Below are positions 8,587 to 16,754 of a DNA stretch of 64,000 nt, one piece after another. The stretch's first letter is position 1. Each line of letters opens with the position of its first letter. The stretch is taken from assembly GCA_963848515.1 (NCBI GenBank), contig CAWKEG010000021.1, positions 29,591 through 93,590 on the forward strand. Direction: 5' to 3'. A model generated the notes under the pieces. It was given only the letters and a program-made list of their open reading frames with translations. It had not been told where the DNA came from and searched no databases. The position numbers and the translations under genes are program-made. The DNA is from an uncultured Acidobacteriaceae bacterium. Its GTDB lineage: Bacteria; Acidobacteriota; Terriglobia; Terriglobales; Acidobacteriaceae.

Positions 8587-10941
8587 ATGACTGAACGTGG
8601 ACCGCTGTACGACCAGGATGAGACGCCGGAAGATGTGGCGACGCTCTATTCCTGGGCCAATCTGCACGGCGCCAAGTATCGCGATTTTTCTGCGTCGCGG
8701 GCGCAGACGCGGGAGAAGGCGCGGTTGCGCGTGCAGCAGGCGATAGACGAAGAGCAGGCGCGGGCGCAGCAGGCAGCGGGAGCGGAACAGCCGGCGGAAA
8801 TCAACAATCTTGCAGACGTGGAACGCGCGGCGGAGATGCGGCGTCTGGCCGAGCAGGCACGGGCGGCCGAACAGGCGCGCATTGAGGAATTGGCGGCGCA
8901 GCAGGCGGCACTTGAAGCAGCCCAGCAGGCGGCACGCGATGCAGCCGACAAGGCGGCGCGGGAAGCAGGCGAAGCGGCGGCACGTGAGGCAGCAGAGCAG
9001 AAGGCACGCGAAGCGGCGGCGGAAGCTGCGCGCCAGGCAGCAGAGCAGGCTGCGCAAAGAGCAGCGGAGCAGGCAGCGCGCGTGGCAGCAGAAGACGCGG
9101 CACGCCGGGCTGCGGAAGCGGCAGCGCAAAGAGCAGCGGAGCAGGCGGCGGCGCAGGAGGCCGCACAAAGAGCTGCGGAAGCGGCAGCGCGCCAGGCTGC
9201 AGAAGAAGCAACGCGCCGAGCGGCGCAGGAGGCGGCGGAGCGAGCGGCAGAAGAGATAGCTCGCCGGACCGCGCAGCTTGCAGCGCAACAGGCAGCGGAG
9301 AGAGAAGCAGAGCAGGCGGCACGCGTGGCGGCGGAAAAGGCCGCGCAACAATTGGCCGAGCAAAGACTGGCTGCGCAGAGAGCGGCGCAGGAGGCCCAGT
9401 TGCAGGCTACGCGACTGGCAGCGGAGAAGGCTGCGCAACAGTTGGCTGCGCAACGGGCAGCGCTGCAGGCGCAGGCGGCCAAGGACGCTGCTCAGCGGGT
9501 TGCTGAAGAGGCCGCTCGGCAGGCAGAGCAACAGGCTGCGCGGCAGGCCGCCGAACAGGCTGCACAGCAACGGGCCGCGCAACTTGCGGCGGAACAAGCT
9601 GCTCATGAAGCCGCAGAACAGGCAGCGCGCGAGGCAGCGGAACGGGAGGCGCAACTGGCCGCAGAGCTAGCGGCGCAAGAGGCGGCGGAACGAGTCGCGC
9701 TGGAAGCAGCGCAGCGGGAAGCGCAGCAAAGGGCTCATGCGGAGCGCCTGGCTGCCGCGATGGCTGCGGAGGCTGCGCGGGCGACCTCACAACCAGCCGC
9801 ACCTTACTCCCCGCCCAAGCGCGATTACGCTGGACGCGATTTCCCAGGACACGATTACCCAGGGCACGATTTTCCGGGCTATGTTCCTCCTCCGGCTCAT
9901 GCGCCAGTTGAGAGCCAGCCGCAGGCTTCGGCGAAACACGAAGACAGCTATGCGCTGCCGCGCAATCCATGGGCAGCAGGCGATCAAGGCGAACATGCGG
10001 GTCGTCCGGCCTGGTTGATGCCGGACCGCGCGGAAGCCGCGCCTCCGCCGCCCATGCCTCAGGCCCCTGAAGATACACTGCAGGGCTCGCGGGATCGGCT
10101 GGCTTCACGCTGGTATGCGTTGCGGGGAGTTTTTGAAGGAGCGGGTGCGCAGGCGGAGGCGGTTCCGGCTCCGGTGGCGGCGCGCGCTCCGGTGGTGGCC
10201 ATCTTCTCGCTGGCCGGCGGCGTTGGCAAGACCAGCCTGGTGGCAACGCTGGGACGGGCACTCTCGGCACGCGGGGAGCGGGTTCTGCTGGTGGATACGG
10301 CGCCTTACGGATTGCTGCCGTTCTTCTTTGGCGCGCGCGATCAGCGGCCGGGGTTGCTGAGGACCTTCAGCCCTCCGGGCAATAGCGGCGATGCACCGAT
10401 CCAGATGGTGACGATCGACCCAGAGGGATTGGGTCCGGACTCGGCGAACCAGGATGCGCTGTCGGGAGAGATCACGACGTATTCGCGCGGCGCGAGCCGC
10501 GTGATTGTGGATTTGGCGACGGCCTCGGGTGCAACGACGCGGCGGGTTTTGCGGCTGGCGCCGCTGGTGCTGGTGCCGCTCGTGCCGGACATGAATTCGG
10601 TGGTCAGCTTCAGTTCCATCGACAGCTTCTTTCAACACAATGGAAACGCTCAAGCTAAACCGCCGCTGCCGTTCTATGTGCTGAACCAGTTCGATCCTTC
10701 GCTTCCGCTGCACCTGGATATTCGTGAAGTGCTTCGCGAGCAGTTGGGCGACCGTCTGCTGCCGTTTGTTCTTCGCCGCACGCCGGCGGTGAGCGAGGCG
10801 CTGGCCGAGGGGATGACGGTGATGGACTACGCGCCCAACTCCACCGTAGCTGAGGATTTCGGCAGCCTTGCCGGATGGGTGAAGAGCCAATCGGCTGCCG
10901 CGAGCAGCACCTATCGCGGAGTGCGCTGGAGTGAACGATGA
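8587..10941 (+). CDS. bcsQ: Cellulose biosynthesis BcsQ (MinD/ParA-like ATPase) fused to a BcsR/BcsP-like N-terminus and a long Ala/Glu/Gln/Arg-rich linker
   Basis: Walker A SLAGGVGKTS, VIVDL and EALAEG in the C-terminal ~250 aa; N-terminal DVATLYSWANLHGAKYRDFS; ATGA overlap with bcsA. Confidence 0.85.
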   Translation: MTERGPLYDQDETPEDVATLYSWANLHGAKYRDFSASRAQTREKARLRVQQAIDEEQARAQQAAGAEQPAEINNLADVERAAEMRRLAEQARAAEQARIEELAAQQAALEAAQQAARDAADKAAREAGEAAAREAAEQKAREAAAEAARQAAEQAAQRAAEQAARVAAEDAARRAAEAAAQRAAEQAAAQEAAQRAAEAAARQAAEEATRRAAQEAAERAAEEIARRTAQLAAQQAAEREAEQAARVAAEKAAQQLAEQRLAAQRAAQEAQLQATRLAAEKAAQQLAAQRAALQAQAAKDAAQRVAEEAARQAEQQAARQAAEQAAQQRAAQLAAEQAAHEAAEQAAREAAEREAQLAAELAAQEAAERVALEAAQREAQQRAHAERLAAAMAAEAARATSQPAAPYSPPKRDYAGRDFPGHDYPGHDFPGYVPPPAHAPVESQPQASAKHEDSYALPRNPWAAGDQGEHAGRPAWLMPDRAEAAPPPPMPQAPEDTLQGSRDRLASRWYALRGVFEGAGAQAEAVPAPVAARAPVVAIFSLAGGVGKTSLVATLGRALSARGERVLLVDTAPYGLLPFFFGARDQRPGLLRTFSPPGNSGDAPIQMVTIDPEGLGPDSANQDALSGEITTYSRGASRVIVDLATASGATTRRVLRLAPLVLVPLVPDMNSVVSFSSIDSFFQHNGNAQAKPPLPFYVLNQFDPSLPLHLDIREVLREQLGDRLLPFVLRRTPAVSEALAEGMTVMDYAPNSTVAEDFGSLAGWVKSQSAAASSTYRGVRWSER
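8720..9785 (+). repeat. Coding low-complexity helical repeat (AAEQAARxA-like)
   Basis: ~350 codons of imperfect A-A-E/Q-Q/E-A-A-R/Q repeats; proline is absent after the first few residues. Confidence 0.9.
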
Positions 10942-13900
10942 CCGCATCGGGCCTTTGGCAGGACATTGGGGCAGGGGAGAATTTTTTCACCAGGCTCCTG
11001 CGCCTGATTTTCCTGCTGGCAGCGGCGGCGTGCTTCTGCTTTCTCGCGATTTTGCCGCTGACCTGGCCGCAACAGGCGGTGCTGGGGTTGCTGACTTTGC
11101 TGATGGCGCTGGCCATGGCGCGCAGCTCCGACTCCTACCTGGTGACGCTGACCCTGATGATGATGTCGATGTTCTGCACGTTTCGCTATGGATACTGGCG
11201 CATCATGCAGGTGGTGCAGTTTTTTCAGGATCCGGCGAGTCACTGGGGCGCGCTGGATGTGTTTTTCATCATGTGCCTGCTGCTTGCCGAGGCGTATGCA
11301 TTTTTGATTTTGTTTCTCGGATACTTCCAGACGATCTGGCCGTTGCGGCGCGCGCCGGTGTCGCTGCCTGAGAATACGGACGACTGGCCGCATGTCGATG
11401 TCTTGATTCCGACCTATAACGAGCCGCTGGATGTGGTGCGCTACTCGGCGCTGGGCGCGATGAACATGGATTGGCCGGCGGACAAGATCCATATCTATGT
11501 TCTGGACGACGGGCGCAGGAAAGCGTTTGAGCGATTTGCGTTCGAGGCCGGCATCGGTTACAAGACCCGGGCTGACAATGCGCACGCCAAGGCGGGCAAC
11601 ATCAACGCCGCGCTGAAGACGCTGAGTTCGCCGCTGGTGGCCATCTTCGATTGCGATCACGTGCCGACGCGCAGCTTTCTGCAGATGACGGTGGGCTGGT
11701 TTTTGCGCGACCGCAAGCTGGCGATGCTGCAGACGCCGCACCATTTTTATTCTCCCGATCCTTTTGAGCGCAACCTGGAACAGTTTCGCGTGATTCCCAA
11801 CGAGGGCGAACTGTTCTATGGAGTCGTGCAGGACGGCAACGACTTCTGGAACGCGTCGTTCTTTTGCGGCTCGTGCGCGGTGCTGCGGCGGACGGCTCTC
11901 GATGAAGTGGGCGGCATCGCGGTCGAGACAGTGACGGAGGACGCACACACCTCGCTGCGCATGCAGATGAACGGCTGGGGCACGGCTTACGTGAATATTC
12001 CGCAGGCGGCCGGGCTGGCGACGGAAAGTCTGTCGGCGCACGTGGGCCAGCGCATTCGCTGGGCGCGGGGCATGATCCAGATTCTGCGCACCGACAACCC
12101 GCTGTTTGCACCGGGGCTGACGTTTGCGCAGCGCCTGTGCTACTTCAACGCGATGTGCCATTTTCTGTACGCGGTGCCGCGGCTGATCTTTTTGACCGCG
12201 CCGCTGATTTATCTTTTGCTGAACCACACCAATATTCCCGGCTACTGGGCGGCGATTCTGGCCTATGCGCTGCCTCACCTGACGCTTTCAAACGTGACCA
12301 ACTCGAGGATTCAGGGCGAGCACCGTCACTCTTTCTGGAACGAGATTTACGAGACGGTATTGTCGCCGTATATTCTGCTGCCGACCATGATGGCGTTGAT
12401 CAATCCCAAGCTGGGCAAGTTCAACGTGACCTCAAAGGGCGGCGTGGTGAAGCGCACCTTCTTCGACACGCGGATAGCGCAGCCGTTTCTGGTGATGCTG
12501 CTGTTCAACATTGCGGGGCTGATCGTGGCGATTCCGCGCTTCTTTATCTGGGACAGGGACCGTCCGGGCACGGTGATGATGAACGTGCTCTGGTGCTGCT
12601 TCAATGTTGTGATTCTGGGCGTGTGCACGGCGGTGGCGCGGGAGCTGAAGCAGTTGCGGACTACGGTGCGTATCAGCGTGGTTACCCCCGTTGTGGCCAG
12701 AATGCCGGACGGAAGGCGGATCAGCGGAGAGACAATCAACATGTCCAGTGGTGGCACCAGCATCCGCCTGAATGAGGCGATTGAAATCGCGCCATTGACT
12801 GAGGTGCGCCTGGCGTTTCCGGCGCCGGCCGCGGGAACCGAGATGCATGCGTCAGTCATGTCCTGCGAGGGATCGGTGCTGCGCGTGCGGTTTGAGAATT
12901 TATCGATTGCCGAAGAGGAAGTGTTGACGATGGTGCTTTATTCACGAGCAGACTCGTGGCTTGGCTGGGGTGAAGCACGCGAAAGCGATAACGTGCTGGT
13001 CAGCCTTGGACGCATTTTCCGGATATCGATGCATGGACTTGCCTCGACCTTCAGAAGCCTGTTTACCGACAAGGACGACGACGACCGGAAGGCGAGCTCG
13101 CTTTCCATTGCGCGCAGTTCGGTGATCTTCATCTTGGCCGCGCTTCTGATGGGCGGCGGGCAACACCTGCGCGGACAGGCGCAGCACGCGGCAGTTGCGG
13201 CAAAGACCGCGGCCAAAGCCGACGCTCCCCTTGGCCCTGGGCACTACAAGGACACGTTCTCGCTGAACGACGCCGGCTCGCCGCAGATTGAACTGCATGG
13301 CATCGACAGCATGCACAATATTTATTTCACGCTGCCCGAGACCCACGTTGTGAAGACGGCAAAGATTCACGTCTACTATGCATTTTCTCCGAGCCTGTTG
13401 CCGCAGTTGAGTCATCTGAAGCTGATTCTGAATGGAACGCTGTTTGCCACCATCCAGCCGACGCCGGGGCAGGTGGGCGGCTCCGACAGCCGCGATGCGG
13501 AGGCGGAGTTCACCATTCCGACGGATCTGCTGGTGCACAACAACACGCTGACCATCGAGTTCATCGGGCACTACACGATGGTTTGCGAGGACCCGGCTAA
13601 TACGACGCTTTGGGCACGCGTACATCGCACGACGTTTCTCGATATTGAGGGCGACCTGCTGCCACTGGCCGACGACCTGAAGCAGTTGCCGATTCCGTTT
13701 CTTGATCCGGCCGTGATTCAGCCTCTCAGCATACCGGTGGTTTTTGCAGGCACGCCCAGCTACAAGGCGATCCAGGCGGCGGGCATCGTGACCAGCTACT
13801 TCGGCATGCTCTCTGAAAACAGGCCGGTGCGTTTTCCAGTTCATTTTGGAGCTATTCCGCAAGGCAATGCAATCGTGATTGCGGACAATGCGGCGAATCT

Positions 13901-15350
13901 TCCCGCGGGGCTTGGCCTGCCCAGCATCAGCCTGCCGACCGTGGCCATGCGCACCAATCCCAACGACCAGTACGGCAAGATTTTGATTGTGACCGGCGGC
14001 GACGCCGACCAGCTTTTGATTGCGGCCCAGGCCGTGGCCTTGCACAGCGACATGCTGTCCGGCGGACTGGCCAGCATTGACAGCATCAAGCTGCCGGAGA
14101 AGCAGGGACCCGATACAGCGCCGCGCTGGGCACGCACCGATCAGACGATTCCGCTGTGGGATTACGCATTGTCCGATCAATTGCAGGGCGACGGCACTGC
14201 GCCCTTGAATGTCTACTTCCGCATTCCTCCCGACATTTTTTATGCCGACCGACCCAATGCGGTGCTGAAGCTGGTGTATCGCTACAATTCGATTCCGATC
14301 GGACCAATCTCGAGCCTCCAGGTGCGGGTCAACAACGCGTTTCTCGGATCGACACCGCTGATACCCGGGCAAGAGGCTTCGCGCAAGATGGAGACCGAGG
14401 TTCCGGTGCCGGTCGTGAATCTGCGGCCGTTCTCGAACTCGCTTTCCTTCGACTTCACTTTTCAATTGCTGAAAAAGGGAGGCTGCGAGGACACGACGCC
14501 GATCAATATGCAGGGCTCGATTCTGCGCGACTCGTACCTTGATCTGCGCGGCTATCCGCACTACGCGCCGCTGCCGAACCTGGAAACATTTGCCAACGCG
14601 GGGTTCCCGTTTACGCGCTTTGCCGATCTCGGCGAGACCACCGTTGTGCTTCCGCCCACGCCCACCGAGCAGGAGATCGAGACCTTCGTTACGCTGATGG
14701 GACACTTCGGCCGGCAAACGGGCTATCCGGGACTGCGCGTGACCGTGGCGGGGCCGGATGCGCTGCACCTGGGCGCGAGAACGGATTTTCTGATTCTGGG
14801 CACAGGGGACGATCAGCCGGGATTCGACCAGTTGAACAACACCCTCCCGGTTGCCTTGCGCAGCGGCCAGATTCAGGTGCGCGATACGCAGGGATTTTTT
14901 GCGCCGCTGCATCAGGCATGGTGGAAGCTCCGCTCCGACGAGCACTCCGAGTCCGGCGACCTGACCGCCTCCGGCACGCCTGACGCGGTGATTGAGGGAG
15001 TGGAATCGCCGTTCGATCCGGGCGCGGGCCGCAGCATTGTTGCCATTCACCTGAGGGATGCGAGCGCCTTCGAGCCTTTCATGGACACGTTCATAAAGAT
15101 TCAACAGTCGAGCGATGTCTCGGGCTCGGTTTCGGTTTTGCATGGGACGCAGTTCCAATCCTTCAGGATCGGCGCAGCGGTTTATCACGTGGGCGCGGTG
15201 CCATGGTGGACGCGACTGCGGCTTTGGCTCCGGCAGGTTCCGTGGCTGATCGCGGTGATCGTGGTGATTCTGGCGCTGCTTGTTTCGCTGTGGACAAGGC
15301 AGTGGCTGAGGGGCAGGGCCCGGTCGCGTCTGAGGATGATTGAGGACTGA
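10938..15350 (+). CDS. bcsA: Cellulose synthase BcsA-BcsB fusion (GT2 + PilZ + BcsB periplasmic domains)
   Basis: PTYNE, DDG, HAKAGN, FDCDH, QTPH, FFCGS, TED and QRIRW; PilZ RTTVR...NMSSGG; BcsB-like C-half (LDLRGYPHYAPLPNL...ANAGFPFTRFADL) with a terminal TM. Confidence 0.95.
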   Translation: MTASGLWQDIGAGENFFTRLLRLIFLLAAAACFCFLAILPLTWPQQAVLGLLTLLMALAMARSSDSYLVTLTLMMMSMFCTFRYGYWRIMQVVQFFQDPASHWGALDVFFIMCLLLAEAYAFLILFLGYFQTIWPLRRAPVSLPENTDDWPHVDVLIPTYNEPLDVVRYSALGAMNMDWPADKIHIYVLDDGRRKAFERFAFEAGIGYKTRADNAHAKAGNINAALKTLSSPLVAIFDCDHVPTRSFLQMTVGWFLRDRKLAMLQTPHHFYSPDPFERNLEQFRVIPNEGELFYGVVQDGNDFWNASFFCGSCAVLRRTALDEVGGIAVETVTEDAHTSLRMQMNGWGTAYVNIPQAAGLATESLSAHVGQRIRWARGMIQILRTDNPLFAPGLTFAQRLCYFNAMCHFLYAVPRLIFLTAPLIYLLLNHTNIPGYWAAILAYALPHLTLSNVTNSRIQGEHRHSFWNEIYETVLSPYILLPTMMALINPKLGKFNVTSKGGVVKRTFFDTRIAQPFLVMLLFNIAGLIVAIPRFFIWDRDRPGTVMMNVLWCCFNVVILGVCTAVARELKQLRTTVRISVVTPVVARMPDGRRISGETINMSSGGTSIRLNEAIEIAPLTEVRLAFPAPAAGTEMHASVMSCEGSVLRVRFENLSIAEEEVLTMVLYSRADSWLGWGEARESDNVLVSLGRIFRISMHGLASTFRSLFTDKDDDDRKASSLSIARSSVIFILAALLMGGGQHLRGQAQHAAVAAKTAAKADAPLGPGHYKDTFSLNDAGSPQIELHGIDSMHNIYFTLPETHVVKTAKIHVYYAFSPSLLPQLSHLKLILNGTLFATIQPTPGQVGGSDSRDAEAEFTIPTDLLVHNNTLTIEFIGHYTMVCEDPANTTLWARVHRTTFLDIEGDLLPLADDLKQLPIPFLDPAVIQPLSIPVVFAGTPSYKAIQAAGIVTSYFGMLSENRPVRFPVHFGAIPQGNAIVIADNAANLPAGLGLPSISLPTVAMRTNPNDQYGKILIVTGGDADQLLIAAQAVALHSDMLSGGLASIDSIKLPEKQGPDTAPRWARTDQTIPLWDYALSDQLQGDGTAPLNVYFRIPPDIFYADRPNAVLKLVYRYNSIPIGPISSLQVRVNNAFLGSTPLIPGQEASRKMETEVPVPVVNLRPFSNSLSFDFTFQLLKKGGCEDTTPINMQGSILRDSYLDLRGYPHYAPLPNLETFANAGFPFTRFADLGETTVVLPPTPTEQEIETFVTLMGHFGRQTGYPGLRVTVAGPDALHLGARTDFLILGTGDDQPGFDQLNNTLPVALRSGQIQVRDTQGFFAPLHQAWWKLRSDEHSESGDLTASGTPDAVIEGVESPFDPGAGRSIVAIHLRDASAFEPFMDTFIKIQQSSDVSGSVSVLHGTQFQSFRIGAAVYHVGAVPWWTRLRLWLRQVPWLIAVIVVILALLVSLWTRQWLRGRARSRLRMIED

Positions 15351-15383
15351 GAGCGGCGGGCGAAAGTGATGAATCAGCGATAG

Positions 15384-15426
15384 GCAACAGCCACCAGACA
15401 AAAGAATTCTGGTGGCTGTTGCTTTT
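15384..15426 (+). terminator. Intrinsic terminator between bcsAB and bcsZ
   Basis: 15-bp perfect stem gcaacagccaccaga / tctggtggctgttgc with a 9-nt loop, followed by TTTT. Confidence 0.75.
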
Positions 15427-15581
15427 GCACATTCCTCTTCTCCGTTGTCCCTGCACATCGTCTTTAACTCCATGGAAACAAGCTGTATGCTAGAGGAATA
15501 GATAGCGGTTACTCGAAGGGGCGCCTGGCCGGATTCCAATAGCGATCTGCCACGCGGGCCTCTTTGCCGAGGACTTGTGCG

Positions 15582-16754
15582 ATGGGCATTCGGAAGTCCC
15601 TGCGCGGGAAGTGTGTTCTGCCGATCGTGCTATTGTCGATGCTCTCTGCAACGGGCGGGTGCAAGCAGCATAATTGGGCGCTCTGGGACGCGTATTCTTC
15701 GCGATTCATCGATGCACAGGGCCGCGTATTCGATCCCAAAGGTGATCAACACACCACGTCGGAAGGTCAGGCGTACGCGATGTTCTTTGCGCTGGCCGGC
15801 GATGATCGCGCACACTTCGACAAATTGCTCAGTTGGACCCAAGGCAACCTGGCTCAGGGCGACCTCGGCACGCATCTGCCGGCATGGCTATGGGGAAAAG
15901 ACCCGAGCGGCGCGTGGAAGACGCTGGACGCAAACTCGGCATCGGATGCGGATGTCTGGATGGCTTACACGCTGGTGGAAGCGGGGCGGCTTTGGAACAA
16001 TCCGCAGTACACGAACCTGGGCAGCCGGATGCTTTCGCAGATTGCCGTCACCGAGGTGGCGAATCTTCCCGGTTTCGGCTTGATGCTGCTGCCGGGCCCG
16101 ACAGGTTTCCAGCACGATCAGACGTGGACGCTGAATCCGAGCTATCTTCCGGTTTTTGTCTTTCAGCGGCTGGGGCAGTTCGATCCGAAAGGACCCTGGC
16201 AGCAGATCGCGCTCAACATTCCGCACCTGCTTGAGCAGAGCGCGCGCCACGGCTACGCGATGGATTGGGTAGATTATTTTCCCGGTGACGGTTTTTATCC
16301 TGCGACCGTCGAGAAGCCAGGAAGCAGCAGCAGCGATGGCGCGGGCGGTGGGTATGACGCAATCCGCGTATATCTGTGGGCAGGCATGACGGACGACAGC
16401 CAGGGAGCGCGTACAGATTTGGTAAATTACGTTTCCGGAATGGGCGGATATCTTGCCGATCATGATGCCCCCCCGGAAAAGGTAAGTGACCTTGGCGTGC
16501 CGATGGCGCAAGATGGTCCTGTGGGATTCTCGGCGGCCCTGCTGCCGTATTTGAATGCATTTCCCAATTTCTCGAAGATCAGCATTCAACAGATGATTCG
16601 AATGAATCTGATGAAGGATGAGTCGACGGGTTTGTATGGGAAAGACCTAAGCTATTACGATCAGAATCTTGTGCTGTTCGCAACTGGTTTTCTGGACGGC
16701 AGATTCCGGTTTGGCCCAGGGGGCGAACTGAAAGTAGATTGGAAGCGCCGATGA
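15582..16754 (+). CDS. bcsZ: Endo-1,4-beta-glucanase BcsZ (GH8)
   Basis: TTSEGQAYAMFFAL, LPAWLWG, NSASDAD, NPSYLP, YDAIRVYLW and YYDQNL; lipoprotein-like signal; GAGGA RBS. Confidence 0.95.
   Translation: MGIRKSLRGKCVLPIVLLSMLSATGGCKQHNWALWDAYSSRFIDAQGRVFDPKGDQHTTSEGQAYAMFFALAGDDRAHFDKLLSWTQGNLAQGDLGTHLPAWLWGKDPSGAWKTLDANSASDADVWMAYTLVEAGRLWNNPQYTNLGSRMLSQIAVTEVANLPGFGLMLLPGPTGFQHDQTWTLNPSYLPVFVFQRLGQFDPKGPWQQIALNIPHLLEQSARHGYAMDWVDYFPGDGFYPATVEKPGSSSSDGAGGGYDAIRVYLWAGMTDDSQGARTDLVNYVSGMGGYLADHDAPPEKVSDLGVPMAQDGPVGFSAALLPYLNAFPNFSKISIQQMIRMNLMKDESTGLYGKDLSYYDQNLVLFATGFLDGRFRFGPGGELKVDWKRR

Noticed and set aside
8524-9654. Cys/Arg/Leu-rich antisense ORFs
   Set aside because: By-product of the GCN-rich alanine repeat on the plus strand
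12942-15539. 865-aa antisense ORF and similar long ORFs opposite bcsC, uvrB, topA and kdpD
   Set aside because: Typical stop-poor antisense frames of high-GC genes; Arg/His-rich with no motifs
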